IMG/VR virus record: IMGVR_UViG_3300042988_001938
Source of the DNA: an uncultured virus (IMG/VR IMGVR_UViG_3300042988_001938)
Taxonomy: Duplodnaviria; Heunggongvirae; Uroviricota; Caudoviricetes
Reading direction: 5' to 3' (one strand)
Length of the DNA stretch: 20,000 nt
Shown here: positions 8,020 to 15,824 of the stretch, piece after piece
Layout: each line of letters starts with the position of its first letter
Position numbering within the stretch: the stretch's first letter is position 1
Notes under the pieces: generated by a model
What the model was told of the DNA's origin: nothing
Seen by the model: only the letters and a program-made list of their open reading frames with translations
The model's database searches: none
Program-made: the position numbers and the translations under genes

Positions 8020-8502
8020 TTATTTAATCAAGTTAAGAATAGCCGTCTTTATATCTTGTGGTAATTTAGAGGGAAAACCTAAGTTAGCAAGATTCCAATT
8101 AACCTCGTCATAGAACGCAATGTTATTTACTGGCGCTCCACTATTGAGTGTTCTCTTAATTGCCAATTCAAGAGCCTCACCATCCTTAAGAGCTATAGCA
8201 TTCCCTTGTGCCCCTTGGTACATTGTTGGATTGCTGTATAGATTGTCAATGATTGAAGTAACTGTTCTTGGCTGAGCAACACCACGCATACCGCCACCTG
8301 GTTCAGAGCCACCCATAAAGCCGCCCTGCTCAGATTCTTTTAGAGCTGCTGTATTCTCTCCAGAAGCAAGAGAGGATAATCTCCTGAACTCTTCCTGAAG
8401 TTTTTCTGCATTAGTTTCTTGTCTTTCTTCCTTAAAGATTTCACCCTTTTGCTCATAAGCCTGAGTAAGCTTACGCATTCTGTCTTTCTCTCTGTTTTCC
8501 AT
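8020..8502 (-). CDS. Hypothetical protein (160 aa)
   Basis: Packed with 1-nt and 7-nt gaps. N-terminal charged helix (EEFRRLSSLA...LKES) followed by a Gly-rich linker. Confidence 0.75.
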   Translation of the reverse strand: MENREKDRMRKLTQAYEQKGEIFKEERQETNAEKLQEEFRRLSSLASGENTAALKESEQGGFMGGSEPGGGMRGVAQPRTVTSIIDNLYSNPTMYQGAQGNAIALKDGEALELAIKRTLNSGAPVNNIAFYDEVNWNLANLGFPSKLPQDIKTAILNLIK

Positions 8503-8503
8503 T

Positions 8504-8956
8504 TTACCAAGTTATTACACCAATTCCAAGGTCTCCAGAGTAAAATCTGATAGACTTAGGAAAGAATGATTTATAGATTTTTTCAAGGTCAAACTTAGGA
8601 CCTATAACCATTGAGTTCGTAGAATTATTAGGCATACTATCGTCAAGGTCTATGTCACCATTGTCATCGACAATCTCGTTTAGACTCTCATCCCCCTGAG
8701 TTGAATTACTCAAGAAATCAACAATAAATTCTCTAAAAACGTCTTTAACATCTTTTTGTGATGCCCAATTCTTAATAACATCAGCCTTAACAACAAGGTC
8801 CATCTGCTTGCCGTAAGATGTTTCAAACTTTATTTTGATATTGTCACCTATGATACTTGCATCAATAACGTCTCCAACCTGTGAAGGAGAAAGGCTAAAA
8901 ACTTCCTCTCCTTCATTAATTAAAACGCTTAAGCATAAATCTTTTAGACTCTTCAT
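8504..8956 (-). CDS. Hypothetical acidic protein (150 aa)
   Basis: First gene after a TATTTAT motif; N-terminus MKSLKDLCLSVLINEG. Confidence 0.75.
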   Translation of the reverse strand: MKSLKDLCLSVLINEGEEVFSLSPSQVGDVIDASIIGDNIKIKFETSYGKQMDLVVKADVIKNWASQKDVKDVFREFIVDFLSNSTQGDESLNEIVDDNGDIDLDDSMPNNSTNSMVIGPKFDLEKIYKSFFPKSIRFYSGDLGIGVITW

Positions 8957-8970
8957 TGAATGGTTTTCTC

Positions 8971-8978
8971 ATAAATAG
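8971..8978 (-). promoter_or_regulatory. TATTTAT putative late promoter (class III)
   Basis: Minus strand reads CCTATTTATGAGAAAA, with the core 14 nt before ATG 8956. Confidence 0.6.
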
Positions 8979-8995
8979 GTTGAAATTAAAAGAAA

Positions 8996-9400
8996 CTACA
9001 ACTTATTGAGGTAATCATCAATTAAATTTGAATTTATAGTAAAAGATTCTACTGATGCTAAATTTTGACTTTCTGGTTGACAGCTAAATAAGCAGTTGAC
9101 TATATTTGGAGTCACAAAAGACGTACTTCCACTGACAATTGGTTGAATGTATGTCTCACCATCCAGAGTTAATGAAAAGAGTTTAACGCTATTATCATAT
9201 TCAACAATGCTCTTTAAAGTCTCTGTGTATGATGGCTCTTCAGACCTATAATCCTGAAGATAGCTTCTTTCCAATTTATTTCCATTGACATTGTAGAAAC
9301 ATTTTACATGTTCATTGTCATCGGTAAGTTCCAAGTATCTAACCAGGTTATTGTTCTTGTCGTACTCAGATAGGGTATTATAGGGTCGTTTCTTCTCCAT
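8996..9400 (-). CDS. Hypothetical protein (134 aa)
   Basis: ORF overlapping the upstream stop by 23 nt; no recognised motif. Confidence 0.7.
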   Translation of the reverse strand: MEKKRPYNTLSEYDKNNNLVRYLELTDDNEHVKCFYNVNGNKLERSYLQDYRSEEPSYTETLKSIVEYDNSVKLFSLTLDGETYIQPIVSGSTSFVTPNIVNCLFSCQPESQNLASVESFTINSNLIDDYLNKL

Positions 9401-11363
9401 TTTCTTCTTTTAGACGTAAATCTCTAACTGGCTGGAATGAAATATCCTTAGCTGTAAGATAATCCATCATAAGCCTCTTAAATCTATTGCTACCAAGAGC
9501 ATTTGCAAAACCTTTAACCTGGTCGAATATCAACTCCTTATACTTTGAGTCATACTTAAACCCTATGGTATACCTTTCCATTTCTTTTTGAGGTCTATTT
9601 GGGTCTCTATCAAAAACAGAGCCCATTAAGTATGTCCCCTGGGCAACATTTGGTGCATACTCAGAACCACTGTGTCTCATCTCTGGGCCTTCTCTCATAA
9701 TTCTTGCAGCCGAGTCGAATAGCTCAATTTCAAGTGGGCCATCATAGTCTCCTTCACCCTTGGTTTCAAGGAATCTAAATTTAGAAACAAACTCTTCAAT
9801 AGCTCCTGATTTTTCAAGTTCACTATTAATTTTATAATACTTAACCAAATTATCATGATACTCAACCAAGTCGTCATATGTCTTAATCTTGTTGAAGTGT
9901 TTCTTAGGGTCAAACTTCATATATTGCATCATAAGCCTAGCATCATCGTACTCGACAAATGAGAAATGCTTAATATTATTATAGTCTTTGAACAAATACC
10001 TCGTTTCAATGTATGAATCAATAATCTGTAATATTCTATCCAACTCTCCTGGTTCCATCTTATTTCTGAAGTAGAATGCGTCAATAGCGCTAGTAAGAAG
10101 ATTTATGTCATATTTCTGCATAAGATTTATTACACCATTCTTGTCATAAAACTTGAAGTACTTTATAATTTGCTTATATTGACCGAAATTCTCTATTCTC
10201 TTGTATATGAATTTAGATATAGTACCGTCTTCAACTGCATCAAGAACCTGGAATTTACCATCTACATTAACAACCTTACCTCCCTTGTAGTTCTTATTTT
10301 GTCTGATTAAAAACTTGGCCTCATCATCAGAGTCAACTACTCTGTAGTCAAGCTCATCCTCATTTGTGTTTTTCTCCTTTTCGTACTCAATTCTTTTCTT
10401 TGACTTAAATTCGAAATCCATGGCCTCCTTATTGTCTAGGTTTACATCTTCATTAAGTTTCTTGATGTATTTGTTAACAAGGAAGTTAAATATATCCACT
10501 GGAGATGTAGCACCACTTTCCTCCATTTCCTTAGAGTTTGGAATATCACATTCAAGCATAAGCTCATACAGGAACTGAGAATTCTTTGTCAACGCTATGG
10601 TTGATAGATTGCTATATTTGATGATACCATAAAAGATAGATAATAGCTTTGTTATGAATGAAACACCAACTTCGTTTGGCCTATTTCTTATAAATGATAA
10701 GAAGTCGTCTACAATCTTTCCATTCTTTGTATCTGCGACAAAGTTCGCCATTCTATTGATATAAAGATGTAGCTTATAAAAGTCGATAACCTTAGGTGTT
10801 TCAATCTCAAAGAATCTGTTGACATATTTAATCACCTTATCAAGGTCAAACTCTTCTTCGTCAGAATCTCCAAACTCTCTGTAGAACAACCTCTTTGTAT
10901 CTTTTTCAAATCTGATGTATTTTATAGACTCGTCAAACAAAACTCTATATTCAGCTTCGCCTTCTGCATTCTCTCTCTTAGCAGCACCAGGGCAAGCCTT
11001 AGCGTAGTATATGATTAAGTCGCTATTTGTCTCTTGGAACTCATATCCAGAAATGAAGAAGTTTCCAATTGAAATAAGCTTCATTTTCTCATCTGGCTTA
11101 TTGAAGTTCTTACTGCAAGATGGACAAACAATTTCCTTATCAAGAGATAGCTTTATATCCTTGTAAATTCCACCGTAAATTTCATCTTCCTCACTCTCAG
11201 CCTGAAGAGCATGTTGAAGGTCTACAACTTCCTCTTCATTATTACTAACAAATTGAGTTCCACAACTGCAGAAATATCTATCAGACTCTGTTCCTTCAAG
11301 TAAAAATGAGTACTCAGAGTCAATTCCATCTAAATTTAGAATCGTATTTTTTATCATTATCAT
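9378..11363 (-). CDS. Large protein with N-terminal Cys pairs (CxC...CxxC) and a C-terminal divergent PcfJ-like domain
   Basis: YFCSCG and VCPSCSK near the N-terminus. C-terminus LVEYHDNLV...IMREGPEMRHSGSEY...RYTIGF...DQVKGFAN. Start probably ATG 11363 or 11357, since a promoter-like element lies downstream of ATG 11387. Confidence 0.7.
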   Translation of the reverse strand: MIMIKNTILNLDGIDSEYSFLLEGTESDRYFCSCGTQFVSNNEEEVVDLQHALQAESEEDEIYGGIYKDIKLSLDKEIVCPSCSKNFNKPDEKMKLISIGNFFISGYEFQETNSDLIIYYAKACPGAAKRENAEGEAEYRVLFDESIKYIRFEKDTKRLFYREFGDSDEEEFDLDKVIKYVNRFFEIETPKVIDFYKLHLYINRMANFVADTKNGKIVDDFLSFIRNRPNEVGVSFITKLLSIFYGIIKYSNLSTIALTKNSQFLYELMLECDIPNSKEMEESGATSPVDIFNFLVNKYIKKLNEDVNLDNKEAMDFEFKSKKRIEYEKEKNTNEDELDYRVVDSDDEAKFLIRQNKNYKGGKVVNVDGKFQVLDAVEDGTISKFIYKRIENFGQYKQIIKYFKFYDKNGVINLMQKYDINLLTSAIDAFYFRNKMEPGELDRILQIIDSYIETRYLFKDYNNIKHFSFVEYDDARLMMQYMKFDPKKHFNKIKTYDDLVEYHDNLVKYYKINSELEKSGAIEEFVSKFRFLETKGEGDYDGPLEIELFDSAARIMREGPEMRHSGSEYAPNVAQGTYLMGSVFDRDPNRPQKEMERYTIGFKYDSKYKELIFDQVKGFANALGSNRFKRLMMDYLTAKDISFQPVRDLRLKEENGEETTL

Positions 11364-11374
11364 TCTCTTTTTAT

Positions 11375-11405
11375 GAAATATATTCATTTAAAACAAAAAA
11401 ACCAA
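11375..11405 (-). promoter_or_regulatory. Bacteroidota-type promoter variant (class I)
   Basis: Minus strand reads TTG-N20-TATATTTC, the same spacing as the 3799 and 7145 sites. Confidence 0.5.
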
Positions 11406-11425
11406 GGCCTAATGACCCTGGTTTT
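11395..11425 (-). terminator. Rho-independent terminator
   Basis: Minus strand reads ACCAGGGTC-ATTA-GGCCTTGGT (two G-U pairs) followed by a T run, after the stop at 11448. Confidence 0.75.
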
Positions 11426-11447
11426 TAAACATATTTTATTTTACTGA

Positions 11448-12137
11448 TTACAAAAGCTTAGAAACCTTTTTAGCTTGCTCATTAATGAAGGTGATAAGTT
11501 CTTTTTTGTTTTTGAAGCTTTCTGGAAGTTCGATTGCCTTAGCAATTCTTTCTTGAGTTTCTTCTTCGTTCTTTGCCTTCTCTGAAGAAACAGCCTTCTT
11601 TTGACCAGTTGTGTGTTTTTCTTTTCCTGTGATGTCTCCGCCAGCTTCAACATAAGCCTTAGCTCCAGTGTCATCAATATTTTTATCTTGAGTGTTCATT
11701 TGAACATTTTCTTTTCTTTCTTCGAAAGGCGCTGAAGAAGCTACAGAAGGATTCTTAGACTTAGACTCAAAGTTACTGTTTTTCATTCCCTCGATGTTAG
11801 GATTGTCTTTTGTTCCTTTCTTTGTAGAGTTTGCGGCAGAAACTTTAACAGCAGCAGCAATGTCTTCATCATGTCCCTGGTCCTTATCTTGCTTGTTCAT
11901 TTTGATGTCTGTTGGAAGTTTGTCATTTTCCATATTGGCTTTCTTCTTCTCGAACTTTCCATCGGTATTCTTAGTGTAAGCAGAACCATCAGAATTATCA
12001 ACTCTATCCATAGAGTTCATATCAACATCCATAGTATCACCTGCGTCAACAATCTTATCAGACTCCCTCAACAATCTTAGAGCCTCTTCTTTGATTATTC
12101 TCTTAAGGTCTTCTGGAGAAACAGTTATCTTCTTCAT
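11448..12137 (-). CDS. Hypothetical hydrophilic protein, possibly a head internal/scaffold-like protein
   Basis: 229 aa with N-terminal DLKRIIKEEALRLLRES and three (V/I)xMNxxD(K/R) repeats. Monocistronic between a TATTTAT motif and a terminator. Confidence 0.75.
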   Translation of the reverse strand: MKKITVSPEDLKRIIKEEALRLLRESDKIVDAGDTMDVDMNSMDRVDNSDGSAYTKNTDGKFEKKKANMENDKLPTDIKMNKQDKDQGHDEDIAAAVKVSAANSTKKGTKDNPNIEGMKNSNFESKSKNPSVASSAPFEERKENVQMNTQDKNIDDTGAKAYVEAGGDITGKEKHTTGQKKAVSSEKAKNEEETQERIAKAIELPESFKNKKELITFINEQAKKVSKLL

Positions 12138-12155
12138 TATGATGTATTTTTTTTA

Positions 12156-12163
12156 TATAAATA
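12156..12163 (-). promoter_or_regulatory. TATTTAT putative late promoter (class III)
   Basis: Minus strand reads CATATTTATATAAAAAAAA, with the core 19 nt before ATG 12137. Confidence 0.55.
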
Positions 12164-12195
12164 TGGAAGAAAAGAAAAAAATCGAGTGTACATGT

Positions 12196-12222
12196 AAACT
12201 TTTTTTGTATTTTTGCGTATAA
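12196..12222 (+). promoter_or_regulatory. Putative phage promoter AAAC-N16-CGTATAA (class II)
   Basis: AAACTTTTTTTGTATTTTTGCGTATAA upstream of IF-3, with a near copy at 16813-16840. It also contains TATTTTTG (TAnnTTTG) at 12208-12215. Confidence 0.5.
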
Positions 12223-12255
12223 ACTACATAGATTAATAACTTAAAAAACGTAAGC

Positions 12256-12801
12256 TTGAAGAATAATTCTAACAACAAAAGAGAACTACCTGGGTCGAAC
12301 TACAAAATCAATGAACAGATTAGATTCCCAGAAGTAAGAGTTGTAGAAGGTTTAGACCAAGGTGTCTATAAAACATCTGAAGCCCTTGATGGGGCTAAAA
12401 GAATTGACTTAGACCTTATATTAATCAATGAAAACGCTAACCCACCTGTTTGCAAGGTGATGGATTTTGGTAAGTTTCTTTACAATCAAAAAAGAACTAA
12501 GAAAGTCAATGATGCCAATCAATCAAAAACCGTTCTTAAGGAGGTTCAATTAAGCCCAAACATTGGAGACCACGACTACGAAGTAAAGAAAAAAAGTGTC
12601 ATCAAATTCCTTGAAAGGGGTGACAAAGTGAAAGTGAGCGTCTTTTTTAAGGGTAGAACTATCATGTTTAAGGATAAGGGTGAATATATCCTAGCTAAGT
12701 TAGCTACTGAAATTGAATCATATGGAATCCCTGAGTCATTACCTAAGATGAATGGTAAAAACTTAACCTTTATCATTAAACCAAAAAAGACTGGAAAATG
12801 A
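12256..12801 (+). CDS. infC: Translation initiation factor IF-3
   Basis: INEQIRFPEVRVV, LDLILINENANPPVCKVMDFGKFLY, KEVQLSPNIGDHDYEVK, FLERGDKVKVSVFFKGR: both IF3-N and IF3-C domains present. Non-AUG start. Confidence 0.95.
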   Translation: MKNNSNNKRELPGSNYKINEQIRFPEVRVVEGLDQGVYKTSEALDGAKRIDLDLILINENANPPVCKVMDFGKFLYNQKRTKKVNDANQSKTVLKEVQLSPNIGDHDYEVKKKSVIKFLERGDKVKVSVFFKGRTIMFKDKGEYILAKLATEIESYGIPESLPKMNGKNLTFIIKPKKTGK

Positions 12802-13313
12802 CAAAAGAGGTAAAGGAATTTGAAATAAGGCCAACAATATCTCCTTCCGATAAGGAATTTAGAAATAAAGTAGGAACCGAAACTTGGGAGCGAATTAAGA
12901 GCAAGACATTTAGAGATGATAACTTTAAGTGTAAAGGCTGTGGATTTGAACCATATGATGTATCAGCTGACGAAGTTATGGATGTTCATCTTGTGGAGGA
13001 GAATCTTGAGAACCCAGAAGAATCAAAATTTATAACCGTTTGTAAGCTTTGTCACATAATAGAACATGGTGACTACGCAATTAATCAGGGATTTGTTAGC
13101 ATCGTTAATTCGTTCTTCAGACAAGGTGAATTGGTTAATATCTGCAGAAATGGTGGATTGTCAACTCATATAGAGAATGGTGACATACGTATACTAAAAA
13201 AGCCCCTCAACGAATTTTTAGAAGAACTAAAAAACGGAAGGGCCTTAGAAGGTAAGGTTAAGTTTATTTTTACTGAAAAGTATCTTAAACTCCTTGGAAT
13301 TAATTCTTTTTAA
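12798..13313 (+). CDS. HNH-fold zinc-binding protein, IcmJ/DotN-like
   Basis: WERIKSKTFRDDNFKCKGCGF...MDVH...FITVCKLCHIIEH followed by FFRQGELVNICR. ATGA overlap with infC. Confidence 0.65.
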   Translation: MTKEVKEFEIRPTISPSDKEFRNKVGTETWERIKSKTFRDDNFKCKGCGFEPYDVSADEVMDVHLVEENLENPEESKFITVCKLCHIIEHGDYAINQGFVSIVNSFFRQGELVNICRNGGLSTHIENGDIRILKKPLNEFLEELKNGRALEGKVKFIFTEKYLKLLGINSF

Positions 13314-14070
13314 CCTTTACTGGAACTAGCTTGTAATATTGTCCATCTTGTGTCTTTATAACTTGAGTTCCATCATTTGTCTTAACGTTTACATGCTCAT
13401 ATGTAAGCTTTTCCTTATTTCTTTCAGTATAGCTATCTAAAACTTGTGTTATAGTATTTCTAGCTATCTGCTCCATCATTTTTTGCATATTCTGAAAGTC
13501 GAAGTTTTGCTGCATAGCTTGCTGTGGAGCATACTGAGCTGTTTGAGGTTGTGCATATTGAGTATAATCTTGAGCTGATTGCTGTCTTTTTTTTGCAAGC
13601 ATTGCCTGTGGGTCAAATGCTGGTCCATATCCATCTTCACTAATAGTTAAATCTGGCTGGCTAGTCATTGGAGCTGAGTGCATATCCATATTTGGATTAT
13701 ATGTTGGCGCACTAGCAACACCACCCATCATAGCCTCAAGAGCTGCAAGCTCGCCACTAACTGGCGCAATTGGACCAAAGCTATCTTGAACTGATACAGC
13801 CTGAACTGGGCCTTGATTGGGGTCAGGCCTTCTTTTAACCTTAGGTGCCTCAAGAGGTTGAAAACCTTGTTGAGCACTTTGAGCCTTTACAAGACTCTGA
13901 ACCTGGGTTCTATTAGCCCCACTCTTAAGTGCTTGAAGTCTTGCGTGCTTATCTGCATTTTGAGGTGTTACTGGCACCGATGCAACACCACCTTCAGAAA
14001 GTGGCACTTGTGTGATAGGCATAGGTATACCAGCCTCTTGCATTCTTCTTCTTCTCTCTTCTAATGTCAT
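13300..14070 (-). CDS. Hypothetical Gln/Pro/Met-rich protein, largely disordered
   Basis: 256 aa of low complexity with a small C-terminal beta module (QVIKTQDGQYYKLVPV). Its 3' end overlaps the convergent gene by 14 nt. Confidence 0.75.
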   Translation of the reverse strand: MTLEERRRRMQEAGIPMPITQVPLSEGGVASVPVTPQNADKHARLQALKSGANRTQVQSLVKAQSAQQGFQPLEAPKVKRRPDPNQGPVQAVSVQDSFGPIAPVSGELAALEAMMGGVASAPTYNPNMDMHSAPMTSQPDLTISEDGYGPAFDPQAMLAKKRQQSAQDYTQYAQPQTAQYAPQQAMQQNFDFQNMQKMMEQIARNTITQVLDSYTERNKEKLTYEHVNVKTNDGTQVIKTQDGQYYKLVPVKVKKN

Positions 14071-14081
14071 ATACTTAAATT

Positions 14082-14609
14082 TTAATCTTCATCTTCATCG
14101 TCAAAATCATCTTCCTCAAATTCGTCAACAAACTCTATTTCATCAATTGTATCATCTCCAATTTCTTCATCAGAATCGTCAGAATCATCAGAGTCATCAT
14201 CTGGCTCAGTTGTCTTTTTAAATTTCACTTTTTCCTCATCAGTTAAATCTCTAATATTAGAAATAGTAAAGTCGTGTATGAAGTTGAATCTGATGTACTT
14301 AGTCTTTCCAGCCCTCTTACTCGCCTCTTCATCAATTTCTTCCTCTCTAAATATCTTTAAAAAACTTTCATATTCAGATTGGCTTAAATCCATCTTAACA
14401 GTTAAGATATTTCTATGTCTTCCAAATTTTCTAAATTTTATGGACCTGCTTATTTTCTCAAATGCCATTTCTTTTAGGTCAATGTAGCTTGATTGCTCTA
14501 TCTCTGAGTAATTTACAGAATCTCCAAAGAACTCTTCAAAATGGTTCATTGAATATTTGTAATGTAAATCCAATAAAATTGGTATGGTGGTCTTACTTCC
14601 TCTTGCCAT
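14082..14609 (-). CDS. Hypothetical protein with a long Asp/Glu-rich C-terminal tail
   Basis: 175 aa, ending EPDDDSDDSDDSDEEIGDDTIDEIEFVDEFEEDDFDDEDED. Confidence 0.75.
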   Translation of the reverse strand: MARGSKTTIPILLDLHYKYSMNHFEEFFGDSVNYSEIEQSSYIDLKEMAFEKISRSIKFRKFGRHRNILTVKMDLSQSEYESFLKIFREEEIDEEASKRAGKTKYIRFNFIHDFTISNIRDLTDEEKVKFKKTTEPDDDSDDSDDSDEEIGDDTIDEIEFVDEFEEDDFDDEDED

Positions 14610-14886
14610 AACTTAAAATAAATACCTCTTGACTCTGTTCATCCCACCAAGCATAGAAATCTGGATTTCTGTTAGGGTGCATAAAAAACAATCTGTCAAT
14701 CTCTTTTTTTTGTTTAGTTTTCTTAAATTTCACCTTCAGTTTTTCAACTTCAGTTTGAATATACTTGTCTTTGCTTTTTATTTCAAACAAACTTTTTTTA
14801 GACTCTCTCAAATCGTCTGTAAGCCACTTAAGTATAAGTTTCCTATAGACCTTTTGATTGTCTATTATTTGCTGAGTTGTGTACAT
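14593..14886 (-). CDS. Hypothetical basic protein (~97 aa)
   Basis: Lys-rich ORF starting at ATG 14886 (or TTG 14892), overlapping the next gene by 17 nt. Confidence 0.65.
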   Translation of the reverse strand: MYTTQQIIDNQKVYRKLILKWLTDDLRESKKSLFEIKSKDKYIQTEVEKLKVKFKKTKQKKEIDRLFFMHPNRNPDFYAWWDEQSQEVFILSYGKRK

Positions 14887-14926
14887 AGACAAGTTTATTG
14901 AAAATATAAGATATAGGTATTCTAAA

Positions 14927-14934
14927 ATAAATAG
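14927..14934 (-). promoter_or_regulatory. TATTTAT motif (class III, weaker context)
   Basis: Minus strand reads CTATTTATTTTAGAA immediately after the stop at 14935, about 40 nt before the next ATG. Confidence 0.4.
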
Positions 14935-15597
14935 TTATGCAGCTGGAATATCTCCTTCAGCACCACTCATTTCAGCTGGAGGAGCCATTGGAGTTGCTTC
15001 TTCTGGATTATCTTTTCCAGGTTGGATTGTCAATTTTTCTCTCCACTCCTTTTGCCATGAATTATAGTTATTGAATAATTTTTCAAGAACAATTCTATTT
15101 CCCTTATCAACAGACAAATCTTCAGTGCTTACAGTAAGACCATTTTGTAAAGAATATGCCCAGTTAATAGTTCCCTTATTTCCCATTTGTATTTTACCAG
15201 AAGCACCAGCTTCAATTCCATTTGGGCCAATCCACATCTTGAGTGAATATCCATTTGACTGCTTGTCGAAAACAACTGAAGCACCATCAACTTCTTGCAT
15301 CATCTTTTCTAGGGAATCCTCAAATGCAGTAACTTCAGAAGATTGTATCTTAGGAAGTCCATTATCATAACTTTCCTTTATAGTCACAGGCAAAATCTTG
15401 CTTATGTCTTTTTCTTCTGGCTCACGACCACCGTGAAAGAGAACTACCTCAAGCTCATCCTCTGTAAGACCCTTTGGCTTGAAGGTTTTATTTTCCCTCT
15501 CCTTTTCCACCTTAGACTTGTTTCTTAAGGTTTCATATGCAAGAGCTCTAACTTCTTGCCTAATCATTTCTACTAATTCATTCTTGGTCATCTTCAT
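14935..15597 (-). CDS. Hypothetical protein (220 aa)
   Basis: Start moved to ATG 15597 (TGATG coupling with the upstream stop), giving the N-terminus MKMTKNELVEMIRQEVRALAYE. Confidence 0.75.
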   Translation of the reverse strand: MKMTKNELVEMIRQEVRALAYETLRNKSKVEKERENKTFKPKGLTEDELEVVLFHGGREPEEKDISKILPVTIKESYDNGLPKIQSSEVTAFEDSLEKMMQEVDGASVVFDKQSNGYSLKMWIGPNGIEAGASGKIQMGNKGTINWAYSLQNGLTVSTEDLSVDKGNRIVLEKLFNNYNSWQKEWREKLTIQPGKDNPEEATPMAPPAEMSGAEGDIPAA

Positions 15598-15824
15598 CAA
15601 ATTTGATTCATCCATATACCCTTCTTTTCCCACATCCACTTGTGGTAGGCATGAAGCGTCTGCCTAATCATCTCTTTAACTTCTTTGCTAGTTAAAGCAT
15701 CTCCAGAGGCTTTCTGGGCCTCTTCCTTTGCAATTTTTTTTATCTCTGACTTATCAGGTATGTTTGATAACTCAGACTTAATTACACTCTTAACAATATC
15801 TCTAACTTGCTTTTCAGTCATCAC
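15597..15824 (-). CDS. Small helical hypothetical protein (75 aa)
   Basis: ATGA overlap with the endolysin stop. Three short similar helices: VRDIVKSVIK, IKKIAKEEA, VKEMIRQTL. Confidence 0.75.
   Translation of the reverse strand: MMTEKQVRDIVKSVIKSELSNIPDKSEIKKIAKEEAQKASGDALTSKEVKEMIRQTLHAYHKWMWEKKGIWMNQI

Noticed and set aside
7179..8502. GNAT toxin-antitoxin pair
   Set aside because: The upstream gene shows no ribbon-helix-helix or DUF1778 antitoxin features, and the GNAT is a fusion in a late-type operon.
12256..12801. Interpreting the window as a bacterial chromosome because of infC
   Set aside because: There is no rpmI/rplT/thrS context, and the surrounding genes are phage-type (fibre, endolysin, PcfJ) or unrecognised hypotheticals.
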